From positions 97,092,001 through 97,156,000 of the forward strand of contig NC_088795.1 of assembly GCF_011386835.1 (NCBI RefSeq): a stretch of 64,000 nucleotides of DNA, written 5' to 3'. Of this stretch, positions 13,901 to 26,278 are shown piece after piece. A program made the position numbers and the translations under genes. Positions within the stretch are counted from its first letter, which is position 1, and every line of letters starts with the position of its first letter. The DNA comes from Chrysemys picta bellii. Its lineage: Eukaryota. Under the pieces are notes generated by a model. That model was not told where the DNA came from, did not search any database, and worked only from the letters and a program-made list of their open reading frames with translations.

Positions 13901-14922
13901 GCAGGGTTTGTGTGGTAATTACATCCTGCTACAGCTGAAGTGCCTCTTCCACAAGGAACAGTTCTGTGTTCATATGCACATAGTTAAGGCACACGGTTGA
14001 GTTTTCTCATTCCTTTGACCCCTAGCCTTTTAATCAATCTGTTTTTCTGCCTTTGAGTACATCACATTCACCAGAAGTAGCAGTAAAATAAAATGATTCT
14101 TCCTAGATGTGTGATGACTCTGGACAGCCCATAACATCCAGTTGCTCAAAACAGTTATAATTAAGCAAACCTTAGGGTTTTAGGTAGCGAATGTGTTTTG
14201 GGGGATAGGAACCAGACTTTAAATTATTCAAAATCTTGTTTAGTAATGAAACTTTTTTGAAATTGAATTTCCAATTACCATGCTCTCTGTTTCAAGTAGA
14301 AAGAGGAAAGTGAATCCAAAGAAAGGAAAAATCAAAGAGTTGCCAATATTTCCAAACACAGGATAAAGCTAAGGAAACTTTCAGGCTAAGCTTTATCATC
14401 ATGCTAAAATAGGGAAACTAATCTATTTATTTAGGAAGAAAAACCAAAAAACCAAAGAGGACCAGATATAGGTAGACTTGGTCCTTCTAACTTTTCTCAG
14501 AGAGTATCATTAACCAGATGCTGCAAAGAGCAGAATTTCCTACATGATGGCTTTTGTTTCCATATTTGTTAATAAAATCCCCTACCAATGAGTATATAAT
14601 GTGAGGCCAGCTCTCACTTATCTGTAACTGTCTCTGTGAGGAAAAATTGGTGAGAGAGCTGCATGATCTTCATGTCGGTATTTGTTACAAATGCATTCAA
14701 AACAGGCTGTTCTTTACCTCATTATTATCACCTTATCCTAAATAATCCCTTTTCCAACCAAACAGAAGTATTTTTAAATGTTGAGTTATCCCATAGCAAT
14801 GCATAAGTTGAGCTAGCAGTGTAAGAACTTATTACTGTCTTAACTCCATGTTCCTGAGAGAACTGGATTTTTCCTGATGAGTCTAGGAAGCTGTGTAGGC
14901 TAAGGAAAGGTTAGGAACATAC

Positions 14923-14980
14923 CAAATGGTCCTGGCGAACTTGATTTTACAACAGCTTGGATTGTTCAGCCAGTTGTGCC
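14923..14980 (-). other. candidate exon (unverified), 58 nt
   Basis: Very strong acceptor TTTCCTCCCTCTCACTTCACCCTGCTAGTTTCTCTCTCTCCAG|G and donor TTG|GTATGT; open frame GHNWLNNPSCCKIKFARTI (another frame gives AQLAEQSKLL-stop). Confidence 0.35.
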
Positions 14981-15469
14981 CTGGAGAGAGAGAAACTAGC
15001 AGGGTGAAGTGAGAGGGAGGAAAAGCGGAATAAACTAAAGTGGGAAAGAGATATTTGAACATTAGAAATTGAAATAGACAAGTGAATTGCAGCACTGTGA
15101 AAGGAAGACGTAAAAGATTAAAAAGGCACGCTGTCCAAACCCATATATTCAATGCTCAGAGACTGGTTTATAACTGCAAGTGAAAGGTAACTTAGAATAC
15201 TACTCTTCACAGAATGAAATATCTATCAAGCAGTGTTTTAGTTTACAGCCAATGTATTTTTACTAAAGAGATAATAAACTAAGGAGATGTAGTACATTAT
15301 CAAGGTCTGAAATACAATATTTACCCAGAGGTACACTGGTACTATAATGTTGGGGCCATATAAGTACCTTGATAGATAACTATAGATTTTGACAAAACCA
15401 TTGGTGGGCCACAATGTTTTTAGTTCAAAAAGTAAAAGGAATGCTGAAGTTCTATCAATAACATCACTG

Positions 15470-15810
15470 CATAGACATGTTGTGCTGGAAGGGACCTTGA
15501 GATCATTCAGAGCATTCTCCTCTGATGAGGCAGAAATAAATACATCTAGACCATTCCTGACAGGTGTCTGTCTGCCCTGTTCTTAAAAACAGTTAGTTAG
15601 ACTGGCTGTTCTATAACTCACTGGCTCCTTCTTCTTCCCCTTTAATAGGTACTATGTTTGCCCTTCTCCAGTCCTCTGGGACCTCACCTGTCCTCCATGA
15701 GTTCGCTAATGGCTCAGAGATTACTTCAGGTCATTCCTTAAATACTCAACGGTGAATTTTATCAGGGCCTGATGAGTATTCCTTAACCTATTTTTTCCCT
15801 ATTCTGGCCC
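15470..15810 (-). mobile_element. old CR1, internally deleted
   Basis: 15470-15590 is a CR1 3' end (minus: GGTCCCTTCCAGC...CTATG); 15591-15810 encodes degenerate EVPEDWRRANIVPI...YRxxSLT from the RT N-terminal region. Confidence 0.8.
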
Positions 15811-16495
15811 AAGAGCCTTCATTAATTGTGTGTTAAGCCTTTGGTCATGCACCATTCGTCGTTTGATGGTGTGAGAGCATTCCTGTACTTACCACTGAAT
15901 TAACTGGATGGCAATGATGTTTGCACTAATGAAAACACCTGCTCAAGACTGTCTATTATGTTACTCACACTAAGAAGCACTTTACTCCACAAGTACTCCA
16001 ACTGAAAGCATTGGGTCTAATCATGGAGCAAGCTGTTATTTCATGTGAATAAAGATATCAGTCTGATCTGCAATGTCATTTCTGCTTAGGTAGTCTCTAG
16101 AGTTCACTCTGTTCAATTTCTGTACAACGCTTCAAAGTTATTAATAGCTCTTGTATATAAATAAAAGCTAAGTATTATTATTTTCTCAGCTTAATATAGA
16201 CATGTGGAAACACTGCTAAATGAATATGGGGCCCTGTGACATCAGCTTAAATAAAGCACCAAAACACTAGTAATTAAATATTTTATATAAGGCTAAGGAA
16301 ACTAGAATACAAAGCACGCAACAAAAAATAATTCCTTAAATTCTGAAACATGAACATGGAAAATAACATTAGTTCTTTATATGAGGAATTCCACTGTGTA
16401 CAGAGTCTGCAGTTAGGTTTTGTGTCAGAGGGCCAGATTCTGATCTTAATCCACTACACAAGAGTGTCAATTCTTTGACACTGACCGAATGTAAC

Positions 16496-17030
16496 AGAGA
16501 CAATGTGGTCTAGTGGGTAGAGTACTGACCAGTGAGTAAGAGAAGTGAGTTCTGTTTCTAGATTTGCCAGTAATTCACTGGGTAGCCTCAGGCAAGTCAT
16601 TTAGGGCAGATTGTCACAACTTTTACTCTTCCACACGGGGGAGTAAAATGGAGTAACGCCTGCTCTGCTCAGATTGTGACTCTGGCTGCAGTGGGGACAG
16701 TAGGAGCTACTCACCTGAGGGTAGCTGCTGACAGAAAGTGGGTAATGGGCAGAAAGTGGTTGGGAGCGTGAAGAAGAGCCCTTTCTCAGCATCCCCTGCT
16801 TGCTGACTGAAGTATTTGCCTATGTGCATACTGGGGAGTAAGCTGTTCTAAGAAAAGGGGATAAAGTCACTTGCTCCTCCTCAGAGCAGTGGGGGAGCAG
16901 GGAAGAGTTGTCTTCCTGAGTTACAATTTGGTCCTTGGTCTGCTCCTAGTGCAATACCGATTCACAATGCTCCTTACTCAGGACAGATTGCAATCCAGCC
17001 TTTAAGTACTGTGCCTCAATTATCTGAGCC
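16496..17030 (+). mobile_element. MIR-like tRNA-derived SINE, interrupted at 16604-17001
   Basis: A box TGGTCTAGTGG (16506-16516), degenerate B box, core GGCAAGTCATTTA continuing as AGTACTGTGCCTCAATT after the insert. Confidence 0.7.
16604..17001. mobile_element. PIF/Harbinger-type MITE with TTA TSD
   Basis: Flanked by TTA at 16601-16603 and 17002-17004; degenerate TIRs GGGCAGATTG / CAATCCAGCCT; removing it restores the MIR core. Confidence 0.65.
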
Positions 17031-17451
17031 ATGCTTTATCAAGTATGTTGAGATCTTCAGAGAAAATGCAGTATCGATGTGTCCATGCTGTCACACAGAT
17101 CTGGCAGTTGGACCAAGTGATCCACCATCTGTGTAGTCTCCCTCATACAACCAATAGTATTGTTGCATGCAAATTAGCTGTAGAATAAGCATGATGACTG
17201 GTTGAGTTACCTCTGATATCACAGTGGTTTGTACTCTTGGCATAGCAAAGATACATGCCTTACTGTAGCTGTATGCTGCATGGGTGTAATTCATTAAATC
17301 AAAGTGGTGGTAACAAACCACAAATCCCCGTGATTGAACCTGGTGATATTTTAAACAAAAAGAGCTCTCAACCATGCTTGCAGCTGTTTCCATCACTTTA
17401 CACTGACTTAACAGATATTCTAGGCTTTAGAATAACATGCAGACAGAATGA

Positions 17452-18891
17452 ACAGGAGTACTTGTGGCACCTTAGAGACTAACAAATTTATTTGAGCATA
17501 AGCTTTCGTGGGCTACAGATGCACGGATGCTTCTTTGGATGCATAGAATGGAACATATATTGAGGAGATATATATACGCATACAGAGAGCATGAAAAGGT
17601 GGGAGTTGTCTTACGAACTCTGAGAGGCCAATTAAGTAAGAGGAAAAACTTTTGAAGTGATAATCAAGATAACCCAGTACAGACAGTTTGATAAGAAGTG
17701 TGAGAATACTTACATGGGGAGATAGATTCAATGTTTGTAATGGCTCAGCCATTCCCAGTCTCTATTCAAGCCTAAGTTGATTATATCTAGTTTGCATATC
17801 AATTGAAGTTCAGCAGTTTCTCCTTGGAGTCTGTTTTTGAAGCTTTTCTGTTACAAAATTGCCACCCTCAGGTCTATTACTGAGTGACCAGACAGGTTAA
17901 AGTGTTCTCCTACTGGTTTTTGAATGTTATGATTCCTGATGTCAGATTTGTGTCCATTTATTCTTTTGCATAGAGACTGTCCGGTATGGCAGAGGGGCAT
18001 TGCTGGCACATGATGGCATATATCACATTGGTAGATGTGCAGGTGAACAAACCCCTGATGGCATGGCTGATGTGATTAGGTCCTATGATGATGTCACTGG
18101 AATAGATATGTGGACAGAGTTGGCATAGGGCTTTGTTGCAAGGATAGGTTCCTGGGTCAGTATTTTTGTTCAGTGGTGTGTGGTTGCTGGTGAGTATTTG
18201 GTTCAGGTTGGGGGGTTGTCTGTAAGTGAGGACAGGTCTGTCTCCCAAGATCTGTGAGAGTGAGGGATCATCTTTCAGGATAGGTTGTAGATCTTTGATG
18301 ATGTACTGGAGAGGTTTTAGTTGGGGGCTGAAGGTAACGGCTAGTGGTGTTTTGTTATTTTCTTTGTTGGGCCTGTCTTGTAGGAGGTGACTTCTGGGTA
18401 CTCTTCTGGCTCTGTCAATCTGTTTTTTCACTTAGCAGGTGGGTATTATAGTTTTAAGAATGCTTGATAGAGATCTTGTAGGTGCTTGTCTCTGTCTGAG
18501 GGATTGGAGCAAATGCGGTTGTATCTTAGAGCTTGGCTCTGGACAATGGATCGTGTGGTGTGTCCTGGATAGAAACTGGAGGCATGTACGTAAGTATAGT
18601 GGTCAGTAGGTTTCCGGTATAGGGTGGTATTTATGTGACCATCGCTTATCAGCACAGTAATGTCCAGGAAATGGACCGCTTGTGTGGATTGATCTAGGCT
18701 CAGGTTGATGGTGGGATGGAAATTATTGAAATCATGGTGGAATTCCTCCAGGGCTTCTTTTCCATGGGTCCAGATGATGATGTCATCAATGTAGCACAAG
18801 TAAAGTAGGGTGTTAGGGGACGAGAGCGAAGGAAGCGTTGTTCTAAGTCAGCCATAAAAATGTTGGCATACTGTGGGGCCATGCGGGTACC
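17452..18891 (-). mobile_element. Penelope-like element (RT plus GIY-YIG), 5'-truncated, frameshifted
   Basis: Minus frames encode MGTRMAPQYANIFMADLEQRFL, YIDDIIIW, HFLD, TTLYRKPTD, CxxC knuckles and NVIYAIMCQQCPSA; terminus ACAGGAGTACTTGTGGCACCTTAGAGACTAAC; 16-bp flanking direct repeat. Confidence 0.95.
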
Positions 18892-21800
18892 CATGCAGAC
18901 AGAATGACAATCCTGGAATCGTATTATATAAATATTATTATTAGCTGACAGCAGAATTTGGCCCAAGGTACCTGGAGTGCTACAAATAGGTGCTTTGGTA
19001 TGCATTCTGGTCTTACAGTTGAAAAGCTCTGATAACTTGGTGAAATTTTTCTGAGAATGGCAAGTACTGTACATTATATGGATGCATCGAGGAAGGGGCC
19101 CATAATTTCCTGCAAGGTGTGAGTGCAGTATATATCACTCAAGCAGTTTTAAGATGATTTAGTTTTAAAGATGTAAAAAATGCCTCATTGTCAGACTACT
19201 TCAAGATAACTAACAGTTTTTTTCGGGGGGGGAGAGGGGGTTAAGCACACCATTGATCTGCCATACTATTCCTGGAACTCAGTGACGGATCTGTAAATGT
19301 AGTGACCTAGTGGAGAATGTAGAACAAACACTGAAATAGCAAGATAATCAAAATGTACAAGTATATTAGGAAACTCTGCAAATTATAGTTTACCCTTTTG
19401 TGCACCATCCTACATTATCACTCCTGACTGACTGACTCATACTTAACTCTAGTCAGTATTTCAGGGTTTAGAATGGATTACATAGCTATGGGTCCTCATC
19501 CAAGGAATAAGACTTACTGTGTCTCTTGTGTGGGCCCGTTGCTGTTCTACCTGAATCCCACACAAGTTCCATATAAACTGGCCTTGCACAGGGGATCCCA
19601 AATAATTGGGGAAGGAAGCATCCCTCACATCCTGGCAGATTGCTGAGCAGTGGCTGGGGACAGTGTGTGTAGCATGGACGAGATCAAGCATTTCCAGGGA
19701 CTGCTGCTGACCCACTTAATTTGGTCTCTCCTGGGTATTCATTCTTCCTCCTCACCTGTGTTTCTATTAAAAACTGTATGTCATATGAATCTCTCCCAAT
19801 AACTTAATGCCCCCTGGATGTCTTACAAATGAAGCCTGACCTCTGTGGTTGTGATTGAGTCTTGGATAAAAATACAGGTATGTTAATGACTTGATTGAGA
19901 TTGAAATTAGAGATCACTTTGGACAGAAATTTGGGGAGAGCATGAAGGGATACCATATCCTTACAGGACATAGTGTAGATCAGAAATTGGACTGTATTTC
20001 ACAAACATTTTTGCAAGAAGATATGACGCTCTTAGCATTTGGTTAAAAAAAAGTTTGGAAGATTTTTAATGAATCCACTGAAACTCCTGCTCTTTCATGG
20101 GACTGGAAGGAAAGATAGTGAAATATCATTAGTAAGTTTCCCCAAATATTTTGAGCTTTGCCTGTGCTAGTATGCTCAGATTGTTTGGAATTATATTGCC
20201 TAGAAATATTGCATTCTAAAAGTGGTACAGAACTTCAGGGAATTGCATCATACTAGAGCAGTTGAGAATACAGTACTCCTGGGAATACCAACATAGAACA
20301 GTTCTTTGCCTTTGGGCCAATTGCTGTTTAAATCATAAGAAATCTAATCGATCACAATCTTAACACTTTATTTTAGAGTAACAAATCCCAGGAATTCTTA
20401 TTTGTATGCTTCATATTTCTACTGAACTGAAAAAGGATCAAAAACAATTACTTTTAAAGGAACTGCAGTCATTTCACACCCACAATGTTTTATCTTCCTC
20501 TCTTCTTTCACCTCTTATTAAAACCCTGATATTGTTGGGTTTAAAAGACATCAGGTTTCAGCTGGATAAAGCTGTGTCTATCATTGTAGATAACTCTCCT
20601 TTTGAATGACCGCAAGGTCTGTATAATGTCTTCTCCAGCAGAAAAGAATAGAATTTAGATTTCTGTGTTTTGTTATATAAAAGTGACCATCCAGTGCTCT
20701 GGCCACCATTCTCTTTAAAAAAAAAAAAAAAAAAAAATCTTAGCAAAGAAAGTCTTTACATTGACGTCAGTGGTTTTTGGATCCGGCCCCAGATGAACAG
20801 CAAATGGGGGCTGGATTGGTGTGATATATGCTTTTTGTTGTAAAATAAAATCTTTCTTTCTGCACTTCTTTAGAACACTTTTTTATTCACTAAAAAGTTA
20901 TCCTATCTCATTTAAAAAGATTTGATTTCCATCTACCCTATTGTTTAACATGGTTCACTCTGAGAGCATGATTGATAATGCTGGCATTAACCTCCAGAAG
21001 AAGAAAGCCTGGACAGGTGTCAGATACATTTAGGCACCATATAAAAAACAGAAATAAAACAGAGTAAATAGGAATAACCAGTAGAGGAGATACAATAATG
21101 TCATATAATTTATGGACCAGCTCATATCGCCCTTACTCAGGTAAGGCGTTTCACGTTCACTGAAACCTAAGAAAGTTCTTCATTGGCAAAGGCTTCAGGA
21201 CTGAACAATGAATCATATATATCTCTCTAATTCACTGACCTAGCTGCAGTATGTAATTAAAGTTAGAGGCCTTAACTAATTTACACCAATCTATATGTGA
21301 ATGTTAGAGCTGAAAAAACAATTCCACTAGTGCATTGCCAGCTTCCACTGCCCTGGCTTTTTATCAGAATCATACCATTAGCTGCTCCTCATTTACCAAT
21401 AAATATATATCCTGTTAATTAATGGGACCGGTTCTTTAGTTAAAAAGCAGCATGAACAGATAGTGTTCATGAGAAGAAAATTAAAGCACGAACTGCTGCT
21501 GCATCTTAGGCACTTAAACTCAGCCTCGCTAATTTTTTTGGAGAAGGTCAGTATCAATATAGTGCCTGCAGTATCCCTTTAAAGATTGTTTCAACAGATC
21601 ATCACTGTCACAGACATTTCCCATTACAAAATCTGTATTCTTTACAGAAAAGAGCCTAGTTTTAGGCAAGGCTGTTTATTAAAAACACTCTTCCACTGAA
21701 GCAGCAGGTATAGATGCACTGTTCTAAACAGCATCTTGCAGAGCAGGAAGAGTATAAAGTAGGTTATTCAATTTTATTGAATGATTTAATGGCGGGAAAG

Positions 21801-23593
21801 TATTCTTTCTATCTTGTATGGGACTTTGGCCTTGGACTGCTGAAAAGTGAAAGGGACATTATCAATCTCGTTTTTTAAACTGAATAATTTGTTAAACATC
21901 TTTTATCTTACAGCATGTTGTTTTAGCAGTATGCCCTGAATTTCTAAAATCCTTCAAAAACCATGGGTATCAGGCTTTTTCTGCTTCCCTATTCAAGTTT
22001 ACAATGGCTTTGTCAGTCAGTCAATTTTCCCCTTAAAAACTGACTGGACAGGGAAACCACCTAGACACAAAATGATGTCAAATACAAGGCAGGTGCTCAC
22101 CCTGTGTAAATTGTCATGGAGCTATGATGCCATACACCAGCTGTGGATATGCCCCATAAACCAAAACAGCTGATAAAATAGAACAAAGGATGTTTTTTTC
22201 TAACATTTTTGAGTTTTAGTAACTTTATGTATCACTTATTGTAAAAGTAGGTATAATACTTTCAGACAGAAACATGGTTTTCAAGATGATGGTGTCCCTT
22301 TGAGTGATTTCCAAGGGAAGAAACAAAGCACAGAAAAGCAAAGATAGGTGAAAATGCAGTTGAGCTGCCTTTTACTGGCCACACAAAAACACCTGGAAAA
22401 GGAGGCGAGGGAGTTGGTTATTTTATGTTTCCCTGGAGTTTACTTTAACACAAACATTTCACAACTCTCTGCATTTAAAAGCAAATTAGCTATGGTGGGA
22501 TGTGTGGGTTAAAATTCAAAAAAACCAAACAGCTGCAAGGGGGCTGTGCACAGAATGAAGCTGTTGGATTCCTTCTAGATCTGGAGGCCAGACTTCAGAA
22601 GTGAATGAATATTCATTGTATGTAAATCTCCTTGCCACAACCATAAGGACTATGTATAGCCAGAGACAAATATTCTCCCACATGCCCAAGGCCCCATCAA
22701 AACTGCACCCACAGAGGAATATCATGCCACATAGTAGTGACTGACATTCAGCCTACCCAGTCTGCCACTGGCTAACAGCTAAACTGATTGGCACAAGGGA
22801 AGTAGGTGCTCAGAAAGTTATTCCAAAGGAGGGAGAGCAAGGCCTCACAAAGAAGCTTGGGATTCTTTTTGTTGTGTTTTTCCAACCCTTTCAGTTAAGG
22901 CTGAATGTCCCCACTATCACAGAAAATAAGTGGGAGCTTTAGATGATGAGTTTATTGCCATTGTATAGCTATTTTCTTGTTGTTTGAAACGTGTGGGATG
23001 AGCAATAATGTGTTTTTCAGGGCAAAATACTGGCTTTCCAAATTAATATGGGATTTTTTTGTGACTTGCACGGACCAATAGCTGGATTATTCAACAAAGC
23101 ATTTATGTGATGAGAAACACATTTTATGCAATACAACAAAGCAGTTTTCTAAATGTTTTTTTCAACTAAAATGAAGCTATAGACTTACTAGTTGTGACAG
23201 ATTAGCTATATCTGAGGTATAAATTGCGAACCAGTGTGACCTTAAAATATGGTAAAATACCTTTTATCTGACTACAATTTTTACTGCTGTGTATGCTCCG
23301 TCTATTGGCCAGGAACTCCATACATCCTTATGTTAACCAAAACCCCACTAGTAATGGATTTTTAAGACCAACTTGCCCTGTAACAGGGTAGCTGTGTGCT
23401 TCTCCTGTCTGAACCTGTTATTGAGAGAGAGCCTGATTGATTTCTGCTTCCTCATTGTGACAAGTGCAGCATGTTAATTCCACTGTGGCTATAAGGAAGG
23501 TGATAGCAGAAGTAGAATTTCCAAGAGCCATCTGCTCAAAGAGAGGAAATAGAAGTCTAAAATGAAGGGACATTTGAAACAGTGTACCTTGAT

Positions 23594-23661
23594 GCTTTGA
23601 GCAGGGGATTGGACTAGATAACCTCCTGAGGTCTCTTCCAACCCTAATATTCTATGATTCT
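23594..23661 (+). mobile_element. CR1 3'-end stub
   Basis: GCTTTGAGCAGGGGATTGGACTAGATAACCTCCTGAGGTCTCTTCCAACCCTAATATTCTATGATTCT closely matches the tail of the 1383-3446 copy. Confidence 0.9.
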
Positions 23662-23836
23662 GTTTATTCTAAGGCACAGCAGGCCTCAAGACTACAGCCC
23701 ATCAACAATAGCTTTAGGAATAGCTGGAACCCAGAGTGCAACCCAAATGTAACAACAGCAATATTACTGGAAGCAAGTAGTGTAGAGGCCCACTAACTCA
23801 GTTGCACTGTGCAGGATGCCAGTAAGTCTGTCTTTC

Positions 23837-23975
23837 ATGTCCAAGCTGGGATCAGAACATGACCCAGAAGCTTACATGATCACTTTGAAGCAGGTGGTTA
23901 TGACAGCTCAAGGAAGAGGAGGCCTGGGTTATGCCTTTGGTCTCTTTGAGTAGAGAGTTAAAAGGAATGCATCAG
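23837..23975 (+). mobile_element. possible degenerate Gypsy (Gmr1/SCAN-like) gag fragment
   Basis: MSKLGSEHDPEAYMITLKQVVMTA, then in a shifted frame EEAWVMPLVSL; resembles the KMxxDDDPEAFLxTFERVA...W..L pattern recalled for such gags. Confidence 0.3.
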
Positions 23976-26040
23976 CCCCTGAATAAGGATGCTGTTATTG
24001 AGGCTAAAAGGGTTCATATTTTGAACTGACTTAGGGTCTCACAGGAAAAGTACTCGGAGAAGTTTCAGAGTGAACCTTTGTCTCCTCACCTATATTCAGG
24101 TTAGAGTTAAGGAGCTGCACAGGTCACAATGAGTCAGTAGAAATCTATCAGCCTCCAAATCCAGCTAACCGGGGCAGTCACTAGAAGAACACTGTCATCC
24201 TGTTCCATGTTTTAATAAGAGCTAAGTCTTTTGCATGTTCGTGTATATTTGGCAAATGGACTCTCCTTGCTGAAGATGTGACCTAAATGCTGGGTAAGCA
24301 CAAAGAGAACACCACCCATCATTAAGGTATTTTTTCCTGGTTACAGTTTTCAGCTAGTTAAAATAATACTTTATAACTTGAGATGAGAATCTGCCTAGCA
24401 AATGTTTCCAGAGTATTCGTTTAGGTTGGATATTCTCAGACAGGGATGGACTCCTCCTGGAAGACGAGCTCTGAGCTCGTGGAAGGCAGAATTAGAAGTA
24501 GGAACTGACATGAATAGCAGGTCATGCATAAATGAGGTGTTTGTGAGTCCCATTCCTAATCCGTTCTGCCAGGTGCTCAGGCAAAGGCCAAGAAGAGCAC
24601 AAAGAGAGGAGAATAATTAGAAGGTTACTAGGCATGGGTGCCCCATTAGATAGATTTAAAGGTAACCTCCCCCACCTCAAAAAATGTTTTTCCGCCATGG
24701 ATTGATGATCTCAGGCCATTTCCAGCAATCAACCTCATGCCATTCTGTTAATTTCACAGAGAGGAATAGCAAAGGGCAGATGATTCAGACTAATGGATTA
24801 AGATCACTGTGCATTGCGGAGGAGTTGCTGCAAACAAATACCTAATATTATTTCTGCAGCTTTATTTTGGTAAAAATTCAGTCTTATAACTCAAATAAGT
24901 ATAAGCAATATCTTTTTTTAGAAAAGTAGGATTATTTTTGCAATACAATTAATATCCAGTGAGATGTCACTTAGTATATATTTCTCTTTGCAATAGGCAC
25001 TTTGCTTCATTTAAAAAATCAACTCTAAAGAACTCTTGAGTACCTAGACGCAAAGTGGCATTTTAAAGGCCCTGGAATACCTTTGTACCTCCTGCCTCCT
25101 GTTGCATCATTGAAATGACATGAGCCCCTGTTGAACAGGAGGCTAGAGGAGAAAAAAGGTCAGAGCACTAAGTAGTTAGTATAAAATGTTAGGGACTGAT
25201 ATTTTTAATATTTCAGAGTTGGGAGAGGAATCTTGATTTTTGTTTGTTTACTTGGAGTTTGTTCATATGTCCTTGTTGATTATTTCCCACTAGTTTGTTT
25301 GTTCCCTTCTGTAGACAAGCATAAAAAATGAATTATTTTGGGGGGAGACAATAAAAGATGCTTGTAGTAACAGCAACAATGGAAATAGAACAGATCTAGT
25401 ACCGTATATTATCCTGCACCTTAAAGTATGAAGTCTGAATTCACATTTTCACAAACCTTTATCATGGAGTTCATAGGTAGAAAAAATAAAGTGAGAAAAG
25501 GTTCAGATGTGGGGTGTGATGTACAAAACCTGAGAATCCCAGATGTGTGCACCAGAATACAAATGGAATTGTGCATCTAAGTTGTGAATATTATTAGTGT
25601 AATTTAATGCACAAATCAGGTCTGCTTTGCAAAAACATGCCAGTTAAATGTGCAGATACCCAATAAGTATATTCAACCATGGAAACTGCATGTGTAAATT
25701 AGGCATGAAGTTGTATATGCATTTTTGAGAAACAGCTAGTTTTGAAAACTAGGTCTGAAAATGAAACATCTGGGGGCACACTGTCCACAGTGACCCAAAA
25801 CTTTCTTGTGGACTCCTTTATATTACTGCTTTACTTGAAGTTTTCAGAAAATATATTATATTTAGCAGATCTATATCATGAAATGATCTGATTTCTTTTT
25901 GCTGTATACTGAGGTTTACAAAGTGATGTCTTAGTGTCTGATGCTGCAAGAGAAATGTACTTGTAAAAAAAGGACTGAGGAAGCAGTTGCAAGAGCTAAA
26001 GCAAAACATCTGTCTATACTTGCCAACAGTACTGTTCTAC

Positions 26041-26197
26041 CTTGCACAATGAAAGGACATACAGATGTCTTCCAGGCCCCACATTGATACAGATGTTCTG
26101 TACTCTGCCAATTACCACTCTGCTGTCAGTCAGTGTCTGAGATTCATGAAGCAGTACTTCAAGAAGTGAAGAATCGGTAGCAGTGAGATGGGAAGTG
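26041..26197 (-). other. candidate exon (unverified), 157 nt, phase 2 to 0
   Basis: Acceptor TCCCTGTCACCATTCCTCATAG|C, donor AAG|GTAGAA; open frame TSHLTATDSSLLEVLLHESQTLTDSRVVIGRVQNICINVGPGRHLYVLSLCK. Confidence 0.25.
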
Positions 26198-26262
26198 CTA
26201 TGAGGAATGGTGACAGGGACACTGCTGCAGTATGGAAACCACAGAAGTGACCCTGATGCGCG

Positions 26263-26278
26263 CACACACACACACACA
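26263..26278. repeat. (CA)8 microsatellite
   Basis: Directly visible. Confidence 0.95.

Noticed and set aside
18700-19074. 124-aa ORF as a novel RT fusion
   Set aside because: The N-terminal part is flanking DNA read in frame into the truncated Penelope RT at the TSD.
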